IMG/VR virus record: IMGVR_UViG_3300027227_000002
Reading direction: 5' to 3' (one strand)
Length of the DNA stretch: 64,000 bases
DNA from: an uncultured virus (IMG/VR IMGVR_UViG_3300027227_000002)
Lineage: Duplodnaviria; Heunggongvirae; Uroviricota; Caudoviricetes; Crassvirales
Shown here piece after piece: positions 36,401-46,100 of the stretch. The position numbers and the translations under genes were made by a program. Every line of letters starts with the position of its first letter. The stretch's first letter is position 1. The notes below the pieces were generated by a model. That model saw only the letters and a list, made by a program, of their open reading frames with translations, searched no databases and was not told the origin of the DNA.

Positions 36401-39400
36401 TCAACCTTTGAGTACTCTTCGTCAATAGCGTCAAGTATTTTGGTTGAAAGATCAATAGCGCTAGTGAGTTCGGGCAGTGACAAGACTGCGGCTCGTTGTC
36501 CAAAAATCTCAACAAGAGTCAAGTAGCTATCAAACATGGCACTTGGAATCATGTTGGGGTCAATGCTAAACAAACGCATCAGGGCCGGAGCCAGCTGGCT
36601 TGAGATGCCAATCTTTTTCTGGACGTTCTTCTTTGCCACCGGCAACATCTTGCGTGCGTCATTCACTCGCTTAGCATAGTCAGCATCAGCAAACACCTTC
36701 GCCATGTAGTCAACATAATTGGCTACCGACTTTTCATTGAAAACATTTACAGAGCTAAACTTCTTGATGGCAACGGCTGCTTGAGTTGCGCTTATTTTGC
36801 CAGACATCTTTAGCGCATCAATGACATTCGCCAACTCAACGCTTGCTGAGCGCCATGCCCCAATGGCGTCCTTGGCGCCCTTAGCTTGGTCAAGGATTTG
36901 CTTCTTTAGCATATCCTTTTCCTTTACCGTAATGCTGACTACGTCCTTGATGGTTGCAAACAATCGAGCGACAGACGGAGCTGACCTCTGCTTCTTGCCG
37001 AACATCTTATTTACATCGCGCACTAGCTTCTCTCGCTTGACGTCCGTAGCGCGCTCGTAGACGGCAGACCCCATGACGTAATTCATTACGTTTTCAATGG
37101 TCTTTGATCTTGACACTCTGCGGTCGTTAGACTTCTTTATAATGCCATCAACTTCTTTCCATAGGCGTTCTTCGGCATTGTCAATAGTATCAAATGCAGC
37201 AGCGATCTGATCATCGCTAAATCCATTACGGGTTAAGAAGTCCCGGATAACCTTGTCGGTAATCTTCGCATCTCTCGACTGCTGGATATAATCTTCGGCA
37301 AGTCTTTGCGCACGACCCACTGGTTTTTTTTCTGACAAATCAATACCCTTGAGGTCCTTGCGTAAGAATAAAATAATCTGGTCCTCGGCCGCCACGTCCT
37401 CAGTTTCAAAAAGCATGGGGCGTTCTGATACTGGAACTTCAGATAATTTTTTAAGTCTTTCCTGCACGTTCCGAGCCTCAACCTCTCCTGCTGCACGCTT
37501 GTAGAATGCAATTGGCTCAAGTGATTCTTCCTTTCTTTTTAATTCATTAATTAAGGGAGTGGCAAAAAACGAAATGTCTGAGTATATAGGTCCGGGGTAC
37601 TCATCCTTTATGATGCCCTGCTGTTCTTCTTTCCACCATTCGTCAAAAGCCGCTTGTGTCGTCATAGACAAGTCGGCATAAGAACGATACAGCTTATTGG
37701 CCAGCACCTTTGCAGATCGATCATCATCTTCTGTGATCTTTTTAAATGTGCCAGAATAAATTGTCTTGATTAAATCATAGATACGCTCAGGCTTATAGAA
37801 ATCTTTTGGAGATTCATTTAACCCGAATGCGTCAGCAATATGTAACGAGCCCCAATCCTGATTATCTACTACTTTTCTATGGAGGTCATCATACATCTCA
37901 GACAACGAACTTGCAAGCGTTGTAAATTCTTGAAGTTTTTTAATCTCAAGCTTTATGGCTCGCTCCTTAACGTCGGCCTTATTTAATTTGGCCAACCTTT
38001 CTCCGATCTTTTCATTTGCCCCGAATGCAAAGCCCTCTATATCTTGAATGGCATGCTGAATCTCATGCGTCAAATAACTCAGTAATAAAAAAGACTCAGG
38101 GTTTGGGCTAGAGTTAATTGTTATACTGTCTTTCCCCGGAGAATAGTAAGCCCCAGACCCCGACATGGCCGCGGCTGGATCAAAATTAATTGTGAAATCT
38201 TTCAGCTTTGGGTATGCCTCATATAATTCCGGAGAATCGTAGAGGTCCTCAAGCCGCTTATATTTAGTAGTCCACTTTGACGGGGAAATCATGAAGCCGG
38301 CGTCCGTCTCAACGGTTTTCCCCTCTACAAATTCAAAGCTTGACTTGATCATCTTGCCATCTGGAATCTCATACCGCCACTTGTCGTCGACGCCTTTCTG
38401 CCATCCGGTTGCTGCAAATATTTGCTTGCCGCTTTTGCCGGTCGCTGCCATAATAGTTGCCGTCAAGAAATTTTCTCTCGCCTGTTTTGATAGGACGGCG
38501 TTTTCGCCAATGATCTGCTTACGGCCCTGCGCGGTAAGCTTCGGCATCTCCTCTCCCTTAACAATTATAACCCCCTTGTTTCCAAAAGAATTATCCTTTT
38601 TAACAACAGCCTTTCCCTTGAGTAGCTCGCTTATGTAGTCGACAAGCTCATTGCCGTCAAATCCCTTTTGAAAAACATCAACCGTCTTGCCGTCCTTGGC
38701 TCTCTTTATAATGTAGCTTTTTGGCTCTGGTCCGAGTTCAAATTTCTTTGCGCTATCAATGTCGCCTTTGAACCCTCTTGTGCTAATGACGGCAATGCCT
38801 CCATCCTTAAGGGAGTTAAAGATGTCAAGAACGATAAAGTCTCGGATATCCTTGGGTACAACATTCAATACATTAAGAGACACAATGCCATCGTACTTCT
38901 TGTCGATCTGCTCTGCGCTAGTATAGGTTACGGGACGCTTGCCTTTCCAGCGTTCTGGATTGACTTCAAGAGAGTCTACATCCTTGTTCATAACGCCACT
39001 CATGGCGTCGGTGCCTTTGCCAAGCCCGGCCCCGTAGTCGAGGACGTCGCCATAAACGCCAAGGTCCTTTAGGATAGTAGCCGCCTTTACATAGCTGCCC
39101 GTGGTGGTTGACACCTGCGTGGTGCCCGATGCCTTTGATAATGCGTCACCAATCTTTTGCTTTCTTGGTGCGGCCTTAATTGAAACCTCCGGCCCCTCTT
39201 TTACTTTTGCCGGAACCTTTGCCACGTACTGACCGCCCATAGCAGAGCGTGCAGCCTGAGGCTTCTCTCGCTCGGCGAGAGGGACCTGCGACCCCGTCTT
39301 GGGCATGGCGTTAGGATATACATTGCGTATGTCAATAGCATTATTAAACACCATTAACGGAGTGCCCTCAATAACAAAAGGATAGGATGGGTGCACCTTC

Positions 39401-42400
39401 ATGCCCGGCTCCTTGCGAGAGTCGATGACCCTTGAATTCTTATCAAACTGAATTGCTGACACGACATCGCCATATCCAACACTCTTAAGTGAAGGGTCGT
39501 TTACGTAGTCAAGAACCCCGGTCTCCATCTTTGCCGTAGCATTTAATGGAGGAATGCCAAATTGGTCATACGACTTAGCCGAGAAGAATACCTTGGTAAA
39601 AGCGCCACGCTCTTCATAACTAAACTTACCCTCACCCTCAAAGGGCATAAGTCCCTCAAGGTCTGTGAGGCTTTTAATCTGTAAGGGCTTGCCCTTTTTT
39701 TCAAGAGCCTGCTGAACCTTGGTAACTTTTAATTTCTCATTAACATAAGCAACGATGTCAGCTTCATTGACACCTCTGGCAACGGCATTCTTAATCTCTT
39801 CGAGCATGTAGTCATAAAATGACATGCTCCCCGTAATCCCGTCGGGAGCTTGAGACATGACAAGGCCAATGCCGTCGCTCTCATTAACTTTCTTAAGTAC
39901 CTTCTTTGCGTTCGTTTCGTCGGTAAACGCCCAGCCCATACCCGTTCCGTATGGGTAAAGGTAGCCGCCCATAAAATTATACTTTGCGCCTGACGGACTT
40001 TCAACCTCGCCGTATGTCGCTTGGTCGGCCGCAAACACAAACGCATTAGCACCAGACAATTCGTTGATGCTTCCTCGCTTAATTTCCTTGGTGTCTATGC
40101 CTCCTCTATTCAGTTGCTGCTTGCGCCCCTGCGCCAAGTCAATGCTTGGTCCTTCAGTGTCGTCAATGTCTGCGGGAATCGGCCCATCTCCAACAAGCGT
40201 TCCGGGCTCTGCCTCTCGGTCTAGAACAAGAACATCCGCCGCAGTAATGGCCTCGCCAGTGCTTACCTTTCTTGACAGAACATTAAGCAAGTCAACAACA
40301 TCTTGGTCTGACTTAGTAAACTCTTCTATCTTAAATCCAACGCTGCGAGCAATCTTTTTAATGAATTCTACAATTGAATTCTTGGCTGGGGCAGATAAGG
40401 TTCTGTACTCCTCCGACATGATGCCGAGCAATTCAGCTAGACTTTCTTCATTTCTAATGTTGGCATCGTAGTTTTTCGAGAACTCATCAATACGAATAGC
40501 CAAATTGCTATTTGATGGCAATGTCTTTCGTACAGACTGCATCATTTTTTTAGCGACAACCTGAGCGACCTCGTCATTATTCTTTACTTTATCAAGTAGA
40601 ATAGCGTGGAACACTTCGTGAGCAACCGTTGAACCAGTGGCCTCCTCTAGGTTAATATGTATTGTGCCGCCTCCCGATGGATCATAGTAGCCCCTATATG
40701 TTTCGCCGACAGCATTCTTAAACTCAGAAGATGTTGCGTGAGCTACAATCTTAACTTCCGGGAGAACACTAGCAATGGCCTTCGAGGCGTACTGAGCAAC
40801 CTTGATAATTTTATTGCGCTTAGTTAACGCAGTCCCAGATAGCGGAGCAGCGCCCTTCTCATTGATGATTAGGTTGTCGCTAACAACTGTAGACTCTGGA
40901 AATAATTTATCAATAGCTGCGCGCTCTTCGGCAGTTACTTCTTCTTCGACACCCGTTTCGGGAGTGACTTGAGGTTCTGCTTCGGGTGCTCCTTCCGCCA
41001 CTTCTTCGCCAACTGCGGCTTCTGGCTGAACAGGAACTTCACCTGCTGCTTGCTTTTGAACGGCATCTTCTTCTGGTTTTTTGGCCGACTCTTCAATTGA
41101 TTCAATCTCATCAAGCAATACGTCTCTGCGCTTACGCAGTCCCGCTTTTATGGATTCGTCATCAACGGCTTCGATGGCCTTGTTATTCTTTACGATTTCC
41201 TCATTGAGTGCGTTTAACTTCTCCACCTGATCTTCGGGAAGGCTGTTAACAAACTCAACGTAGTCTGTGTATATCTTATTCTTTTCGTTGGTGAGGTTGT
41301 CACGCAAAGATTCCAAAACACTTTTTGTGTCTGGGTCTTGCGCTTCTTGGATTGCAACATTCAACTTCTCTAGCTGATTGTTAATCTGAATCTTGCGGTC
41401 AATGTCCTTGACCTTAGAGGCGAATGCTACTTCGGTGATACCGCCGGGGATCTCTGCGACGGCCTCCGTCAAGATGGCAGCAACGTCAGTAATCTTTCCC
41501 TCGGAGATAAGCTGTGCTCCCGCTTCGCCTGTGGCGCCGGCCGACATTTGTGCAATTACCTCTTTAATGGGACCCTTCAGTTGCCCAGCAACACCAGCGC
41601 TAATAGCATCGAGTGCGGCAACAAATGTAGCGGGGGCATCTACCTTTGAATAGATGTCATTCATTAATGCCTCATCTCCAAATGCTGTTCTTAATGCATT
41701 GGGATCATAAACATCAACCCCATTTGCCTCCATCTCCGCAAGTATTCTTGACGACATTTCGGCACCAAGAGAATTGATGCCAGCTAAGTAGGCCGAGGTC
41801 CCCATCCCTCCGGTAACCGCGCCAAGGGCTAAAGATCGAGTTATGTCTCCAGTGGTAAGTGATCCAGCGCCTCCGGTCATCTGAACGGCTGACGTAACAA
41901 GTATCTCCGTGAGGAAGGTAGCTGGATTGCTGGCAAGCATATCAAAGAAATCACCAGCACCAGTGCCAGCCATTTTAGATGACAAGAGCTTTTCGCCCTC
42001 CTCATCCGCCGCCTTCTTTAGTTTTGCTACGCGCTCGAAGTCGGGCACGTTATCAGAAAGGTTGTTCTGTATCTGAGCATTCAATGCTCCCACGTTGTAT
42101 GCCGTAACGGTATTGTCTACGTAATTCTTTACGTCAATAAAAGCCTGGGCATTTGTGCTGTTTGGATTTACAATCTTGTCAACAACAAGGCCAGTTAGGC
42201 CAAAGGCGGTTGACAGCCTGTTTTTGGTTTCATCCGATACCATCACGTCAACCTGACCAACTAAATCAGAAATTGTTGGTGCGCTAATCTTTTCATAACC
42301 AATTGTACGCGCTTCGGTTGGAAGCTCCTGAGTTACTGGCTGGGCTCGGATTGCTTGAGCCGCTGCCTCATCAACGACAAGAGGCTCAACAGGTGCCTGT

Positions 42401-42816
42401 TGCTCCAAGCCAATTGACGCTGGCTCCTCGTATGGAATTTCTTTCGTAACTGGCTGAGCCTGAACCGCTTTCGCGGCAGAGGCATCCATTGTCAATGGCT
42501 GACCCTCTACATATGAAGGGGCTTGATACTCATCCTTTTTTGAAATAGCCGAAGTAGGCGTCTCCATAGGAGAGGCCAATGGCTCTTGAGGAGAAGAAAC
42601 CTCTGAGGGTTCTTCTTTTTTTTTTACTTCTTGAGCTGGGTACTTTACGTCGAACTCTTCGCGCGACTTCGTGTATAAACCATCTCTGGTTACGACGCCG
42701 AATAATTTATCGCGATATTCAGGCTCTTGATACTTAACTACAAACTCATCAAATGATTTAGTGTAGTACCCCTTAGACGACAATACATCGTATAACTTTT
42801 TTAGCTCATCATTCAT
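33457..42816 (-). CDS. Giant polyvalent (probably injected) virion protein, 3119 aa
   Basis: Two zincin HExxH motifs (AHEVFH, THEIQH..Q..EGF..G...GEVEARNVQ), class I SAM methyltransferase VLDYGAGLG, LPD23-like TGW.KG.D.KWRYEI.D and a long helical C-terminus. Confidence 0.85.
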   Translation of the reverse strand: MNDELKKLYDVLSSKGYYTKSFDEFVVKYQEPEYRDKLFGVVTRDGLYTKSREEFDVKYPAQEVKKKEEPSEVSSPQEPLASPMETPTSAISKKDEYQAPSYVEGQPLTMDASAAKAVQAQPVTKEIPYEEPASIGLEQQAPVEPLVVDEAAAQAIRAQPVTQELPTEARTIGYEKISAPTISDLVGQVDVMVSDETKNRLSTAFGLTGLVVDKIVNPNSTNAQAFIDVKNYVDNTVTAYNVGALNAQIQNNLSDNVPDFERVAKLKKAADEEGEKLLSSKMAGTGAGDFFDMLASNPATFLTEILVTSAVQMTGGAGSLTTGDITRSLALGAVTGGMGTSAYLAGINSLGAEMSSRILAEMEANGVDVYDPNALRTAFGDEALMNDIYSKVDAPATFVAALDAISAGVAGQLKGPIKEVIAQMSAGATGEAGAQLISEGKITDVAAILTEAVAEIPGGITEVAFASKVKDIDRKIQINNQLEKLNVAIQEAQDPDTKSVLESLRDNLTNEKNKIYTDYVEFVNSLPEDQVEKLNALNEEIVKNNKAIEAVDDESIKAGLRKRRDVLLDEIESIEESAKKPEEDAVQKQAAGEVPVQPEAAVGEEVAEGAPEAEPQVTPETGVEEEVTAEERAAIDKLFPESTVVSDNLIINEKGAAPLSGTALTKRNKIIKVAQYASKAIASVLPEVKIVAHATSSEFKNAVGETYRGYYDPSGGGTIHINLEEATGSTVAHEVFHAILLDKVKNNDEVAQVVAKKMMQSVRKTLPSNSNLAIRIDEFSKNYDANIRNEESLAELLGIMSEEYRTLSAPAKNSIVEFIKKIARSVGFKIEEFTKSDQDVVDLLNVLSRKVSTGEAITAADVLVLDREAEPGTLVGDGPIPADIDDTEGPSIDLAQGRKQQLNRGGIDTKEIKRGSINELSGANAFVFAADQATYGEVESPSGAKYNFMGGYLYPYGTGMGWAFTDETNAKKVLKKVNESDGIGLVMSQAPDGITGSMSFYDYMLEEIKNAVARGVNEADIVAYVNEKLKVTKVQQALEKKGKPLQIKSLTDLEGLMPFEGEGKFSYEERGAFTKVFFSAKSYDQFGIPPLNATAKMETGVLDYVNDPSLKSVGYGDVVSAIQFDKNSRVIDSRKEPGMKVHPSYPFVIEGTPLMVFNNAIDIRNVYPNAMPKTGSQVPLAEREKPQAARSAMGGQYVAKVPAKVKEGPEVSIKAAPRKQKIGDALSKASGTTQVSTTTGSYVKAATILKDLGVYGDVLDYGAGLGKGTDAMSGVMNKDVDSLEVNPERWKGKRPVTYTSAEQIDKKYDGIVSLNVLNVVPKDIRDFIVLDIFNSLKDGGIAVISTRGFKGDIDSAKKFELGPEPKSYIIKRAKDGKTVDVFQKGFDGNELVDYISELLKGKAVVKKDNSFGNKGVIIVKGEEMPKLTAQGRKQIIGENAVLSKQARENFLTATIMAATGKSGKQIFAATGWQKGVDDKWRYEIPDGKMIKSSFEFVEGKTVETDAGFMISPSKWTTKYKRLEDLYDSPELYEAYPKLKDFTINFDPAAAMSGSGAYYSPGKDSITINSSPNPESFLLLSYLTHEIQHAIQDIEGFAFGANEKIGERLAKLNKADVKERAIKLEIKKLQEFTTLASSLSEMYDDLHRKVVDNQDWGSLHIADAFGLNESPKDFYKPERIYDLIKTIYSGTFKKITEDDDRSAKVLANKLYRSYADLSMTTQAAFDEWWKEEQQGIIKDEYPGPIYSDISFFATPLINELKRKEESLEPIAFYKRAAGEVEARNVQERLKKLSEVPVSERPMLFETEDVAAEDQIILFLRKDLKGIDLSEKKPVGRAQRLAEDYIQQSRDAKITDKVIRDFLTRNGFSDDQIAAAFDTIDNAEERLWKEVDGIIKKSNDRRVSRSKTIENVMNYVMGSAVYERATDVKREKLVRDVNKMFGKKQRSAPSVARLFATIKDVVSITVKEKDMLKKQILDQAKGAKDAIGAWRSASVELANVIDALKMSGKISATQAAVAIKKFSSVNVFNEKSVANYVDYMAKVFADADYAKRVNDARKMLPVAKKNVQKKIGISSQLAPALMRLFSIDPNMIPSAMFDSYLTLVEIFGQRAAVLSLPELTSAIDLSTKILDAIDEEYSKVEELNNRFIAYEYKVYGDNGKLDYAATIKQMIEDQTITQEEADLMRKYKSQILERPITEGLSEEEKQEQRDEAIDAINELDVDTERLPTRDERKLAKEIARLAKSDAVKGLTIEQLVNLYKVINNINNGYLPHYAELIKESMVAVENGALLSSAIAKSKPLPFSSAIGRVKSFMTKRGGIAEMIRRNPLAYIDQLFGDFNTKSIFNSVLKAAAEAQSAFESAFGDIQSRLDRSAEAIAKSFKYDGNRTLMSKYKIMTYLLELEYNSNPDNKQVHSAADYLAATIREIKKGKTPAEMGDIDMLQSILDSYADADGNINLEKLDQSFNEAEKKAIKTIQDINSSLTETSVFTAAIIRGDKITPVNNYVHHNVLYDFKSDSNEGMSLVDAYNTSMRPSTKAKSLIERTGKITPLNFDAFASAKRGAKFVLTDYHLTSPIRTARSTFIQAQKNLEEGGITKQQQEILNAIEYAFDEAVTNLLVNNYVENTFVEDAMKWIAKQGYRAMLAGVPRATSEFTSNLSFALFNDPKALSTGTSLFGIITSPDAVEVLNNVGSKQSARLFSGDTINGRFVDTSLLGQSSAVKTQAPKAKLINLLEQGWSRTGKKYKNLVELGADTLISTPDKIVMRPLWFGAFANEFKRITGLDVDFDKIAANDEAYMNEHAEAIEASKELADNRSIQAGASDNAFMGILKGSRKANQSGLATAYNQFNGFMQRFLIYEFAAARTGLYAAVGKGSLTRKQGVALMAAVTSRMVMYTMLSQILGSLLSKLIVGDDEDEEKTFLQSLMQSMMSAFSGLLLGRDFGNIIKAPINYAIEVVNEEYFDFLRKGEYNQYEDSLQFSLISRDKSRKQEFIDIVIGLSGPYSPAFKTAKFAYDKLTDGEKKQVDAIIRKKRALSQRLPLEILGHAGFVPFYKDVRRLLMDDMYKGMGKSKTKRSSMTDKEMKEMFPEMYEEMKSLEKEMDVNAEVKELQSMVKEMEASLE

Positions 42817-42820
42817 GAGA

Positions 42821-42828
42821 CAAATTTA
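42821..42828 (-). promoter_or_regulatory. Bacteroidota -7 box TAAATTTG, probably leaderless
   Basis: 4 nt upstream of the ATG of the giant gene. Confidence 0.6.
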
Positions 42829-42849
42829 ATCAATTTATTTCTAGAACTA

Positions 42850-44574
42850 TTAGTCTAGTTCGCCAGTTCCAGAAAGTCCACCGGTCGCATATAGCTGAGC
42901 AAGATTCTCTGGAGACGTGTTTGCCGTAATGAAATCAGATATTGCCTTTTGATTTAGAGTGCCGTCCTTTTCGTTGTCAACGCTTATTGTCAGAGTGGCA
43001 CCAGCCTCCCCGTCCTTTTCAGGAGCCGTGATGACAACCTCATCGTTAAACCATTTTGTGTCAAACGTAAATCCAAGACCAGCGAATGAAGCCTCAAGCA
43101 ACTGTCTAACTTTACCTTCGTCGTCGCCCTTTAAATCATCAACACTTGGCAGATTGCTTGCGACATATTTTGGCAACTCAGTAAATGCACTGACTCTAGT
43201 TCGTGATGCTCCAGTTCCCTGAAGCGCCTCCTGAGCAAACTTTTGATTTGGATTAGATACGCCAGCGGCAGACAGTGCACGATTTACATCATCAACTCCA
43301 TGGATCTCGTTGCCCATTTCGGCCCACTGCTGTGCGGTTACATCTTCTGCGTTAAACGTGCGAGAGCCAGCTCTCATTGTTCCGCTTCCATCATACTTAA
43401 GAGTAATGGTCTTACCCGATGGAATGATCGCAGAAAGCCCAGCTTCTTTTGCGGCTTCTGTTCCTAGTAATTGATTTGCTGCACTTGTCTGAGCTTCTTT
43501 AGTCGTACCAAAGGCAAGGTTATGCCATCTTCCAACATTTGTTTGCTGCTCTTTTCTTTCTTGACCAGCAGCATATTGCCACTGTTGTTGTTGTGGCTGG
43601 CGTGGCGTCTCAATACTCTTGAGTTGAACACGCAACTGAGCGCGCAATGCTTCGCGCGCAACTTCCTTCTGCTTGTCCGTGAGCTGTGGCTGGAGTAATC
43701 CATTGGCATCCTGCTTAAGCAGGATCTTATTAGGGTCCTCCTGCGCCTCGGCCCAGTTTTGAGTAAAGCCATACCCCCCGGCATAATCAGCCAAGACGCT
43801 TGCGGCAGCACGACTAGATGCCATCATTGATGAAACAATATCATCCTCTGCTTTCATGTATTCAGGTCGCTGCATAGCGTCAGTGAGACTCGTAACCCCT
43901 CCACTCATAATAGAGCGTGTCACGTCGCCGAGCGCCTTTACGCGTTTGTTTGTTTCTCCAACAACATCATAGCGGTTGACCTTATCCTTGCGCCTTGCGG
44001 TCATATAACTGATAGGCATAAGCTTGGACGGATCTTTAATGACATTGCCCTGAGCGTCTCGTGTGGCAATGTACATTCGGCCGTCAACGGGATTAACGTA
44101 TACGGCCTTGTCCTTGGTGATGCCAAATGAGTCAAGTAATTCGTTTTGATAAATCTCTTGCTCTCCTGCTGTGCCGTCCTCAAGTCGCTTTGTCATCTCA
44201 TCCCAGTCGGTAGCAAATGAAGTAGCAGCCGACTGCATCTGGCCTAGGTCGTCCATGATGTTCTGGCGTTGCTTGAGGTATTCGTTAGGGTTTAGGCGCC
44301 CGGCCTTCATCTCTCGGTACGCCAAGCCCAATGCTTCTTTCACATTATTGGCGGCGTCCATGTAAAACTCGGAAGACACCTGAGGCTGACCAGCCGACAA
44401 TTCATTAATGGCCGTTACCGACTCATTGGTTACGCGATCAATTTCATCCTTCTTGGCTTGACGCTCCTTATTAATTCGAGTCAGGTCGTCAGATACGGTC
44501 TTGCCAATAGAGCCCCAATCCACATATGAATTAAGGTCTACGCGCTCTTCGTATTTATAAAATGTCTTAGCCAT
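42850..44574 (-). CDS. Putative internal virion (ejection) protein
   Basis: 574 aa, helical, located between the tail genes and the giant protein as in podoviruses. Confidence 0.6.
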   Translation of the reverse strand: MAKTFYKYEERVDLNSYVDWGSIGKTVSDDLTRINKERQAKKDEIDRVTNESVTAINELSAGQPQVSSEFYMDAANNVKEALGLAYREMKAGRLNPNEYLKQRQNIMDDLGQMQSAATSFATDWDEMTKRLEDGTAGEQEIYQNELLDSFGITKDKAVYVNPVDGRMYIATRDAQGNVIKDPSKLMPISYMTARRKDKVNRYDVVGETNKRVKALGDVTRSIMSGGVTSLTDAMQRPEYMKAEDDIVSSMMASSRAAASVLADYAGGYGFTQNWAEAQEDPNKILLKQDANGLLQPQLTDKQKEVAREALRAQLRVQLKSIETPRQPQQQQWQYAAGQERKEQQTNVGRWHNLAFGTTKEAQTSAANQLLGTEAAKEAGLSAIIPSGKTITLKYDGSGTMRAGSRTFNAEDVTAQQWAEMGNEIHGVDDVNRALSAAGVSNPNQKFAQEALQGTGASRTRVSAFTELPKYVASNLPSVDDLKGDDEGKVRQLLEASFAGLGFTFDTKWFNDEVVITAPEKDGEAGATLTISVDNEKDGTLNQKAISDFITANTSPENLAQLYATGGLSGTGELD

Positions 44575-45307
44575 TAACTGGTGGAATTAACGAAGAGAAA
44601 TAATCAGATGATCCAAGGTCAAATGTGGGGCGAGTTGGCCTTAACAATTGCTGCTCTCGCGGGTCCATCTGCTTCATAGACTCAAGAAAATCCGCATACT
44701 GCTGCTGTTCTGTTTTCAGCGATGAAAGTTGCTCCTTCATTTCCTCTGGAGTCTTTTTTAGATTATAAAGAGCAGACGCCTCAAAGCCCTTGGTAATGGA
44801 ACGACCAATGCCCTTGGCCATATCGGCGGTAGCCTTGTCCATGGCTAACTGCGCAGCTCCTGCTGCCGCCTGAGCTCCTTCCGCCTCCTGAAGGTCGATG
44901 CCAGCGAGTGCGCCAAGACGGCGCGCCTCATCCTGTGCGACCATCACGTCGCGCTTGTATAGGTCTTGAGCCATCGCCTCACGCTCCTGCTGTAGGTATT
45001 GAGATCCAACAGCGCCAACGCGACCAACGCCACCAAGAAGGCCCCGCATTCCAGATTCAGCCAATGCCTCTGTAGCCTGCTTCTGTTGAGCTGTGAACTC
45101 ACGCATTGCTGTTTCGTATGCCTCAAGGGGGACCTGAAGTTCCTCGAGAGGGGCCTGCTCAATCTTACCCTTAGCAGCTTCAATGGCCTTAGCGGCAGAA
45201 GCCTCAGCCTCTTTCATTAATCTTTTCTGCTTTGCTCGTTCGGCATAGCTGAATCCGACGCCGATAAGCTCTGGGGCTACAGCCAATAATACTGGAATGG
45301 GTATCAT
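44567..45307 (-). CDS. Putative internal virion (ejection) protein
   Basis: 246 aa, A/Q/G-rich with a hydrophobic N-terminus. TACCTTTG box at 45342-45349. Confidence 0.6.
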   Translation of the reverse strand: MIPIPVLLAVAPELIGVGFSYAERAKQKRLMKEAEASAAKAIEAAKGKIEQAPLEELQVPLEAYETAMREFTAQQKQATEALAESGMRGLLGGVGRVGAVGSQYLQQEREAMAQDLYKRDVMVAQDEARRLGALAGIDLQEAEGAQAAAGAAQLAMDKATADMAKGIGRSITKGFEASALYNLKKTPEEMKEQLSSLKTEQQQYADFLESMKQMDPREQQLLRPTRPTFDLGSSDYFSSLIPPVNG

Positions 45308-45356
45308 GTGTACTTGTTATTAATAACAGAACGAGTTATTGCAAAGGTAACCAAAA

Positions 45357-46100
45357 TCATGGATAGGATTTAAAGATACTAGACATAACGCTAAATAACT
45401 CAACGGGCTGCGTATTATTATTAGTAAGAGTGAACTCACAGTAATAACCTCGAACCCCGTGTGATTCTGCTTGTTGATTTTTAGCATAAAGAATAAAGTC
45501 CCCCGGAGAGGGGACGGGCCCAGCAGTGGCATCAACAGTGATGACCTTTCTGTTTGTTGAAATAGCAGTGACGTTTCCAACCTGCAAAGGAGTAGAGCCA
45601 AAATATACGGTATCTCCGATGCTTATAATGCTATCTATTTTAATTGAAAAGCCAAGTTCGTATATGGTTCCGCCTGTGTTTACAACGGTAAGAACGCTTC
45701 CAATGCCATTAACTGAGCGCATTAAAAAGTTAATTGGAGACTCTTCGGATCTAATGAATGAGAAATACGTTCCCTCCTTCAGCTCGAACCAAGCCTCATC
45801 AATGTACCCGTTTTGCAAGTCGGTAAGGGCAGTTGCATCCCAAGGCGCATCAGACTCAAGGGCCAGCGTCTTAAACAACTTAACCTCCGTTGGCGCTGCA
45901 TTGAATACTGACGTTACGGTAGACGGGTAGTTTACGCCATAAAAATTATTGCGCGTGTTGTTTGTGTTGTGTCGGTATAGGTTGCCCCCCTTAAAAGTGT
46001 ACAGGTAGTTATTCATCCCCATTATGTAATCGGGAATGTATGAATAAAAAGATGGGAATCCTTTTACTGCTTCGCTGTATGTAATGGTTACATCGCTCAT
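45357..46100 (-). CDS. Tail stabilisation protein, C-terminal-type subunit
   Basis: 247 aa with SFYSY.PD...N.FYG...K.FKTL.LE...KEG.YF...GVRGYY, coupled to the 1.1-kaa tail gene. Confidence 0.65.
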   Translation of the reverse strand: MSDVTITYSEAVKGFPSFYSYIPDYIMGMNNYLYTFKGGNLYRHNTNNTRNNFYGVNYPSTVTSVFNAAPTEVKLFKTLALESDAPWDATALTDLQNGYIDEAWFELKEGTYFSFIRSEESPINFLMRSVNGIGSVLTVVNTGGTIYELGFSIKIDSIISIGDTVYFGSTPLQVGNVTAISTNRKVITVDATAGPVPSPGDFILYAKNQQAESHGVRGYYCEFTLTNNNTQPVELFSVMSSIFKSYP

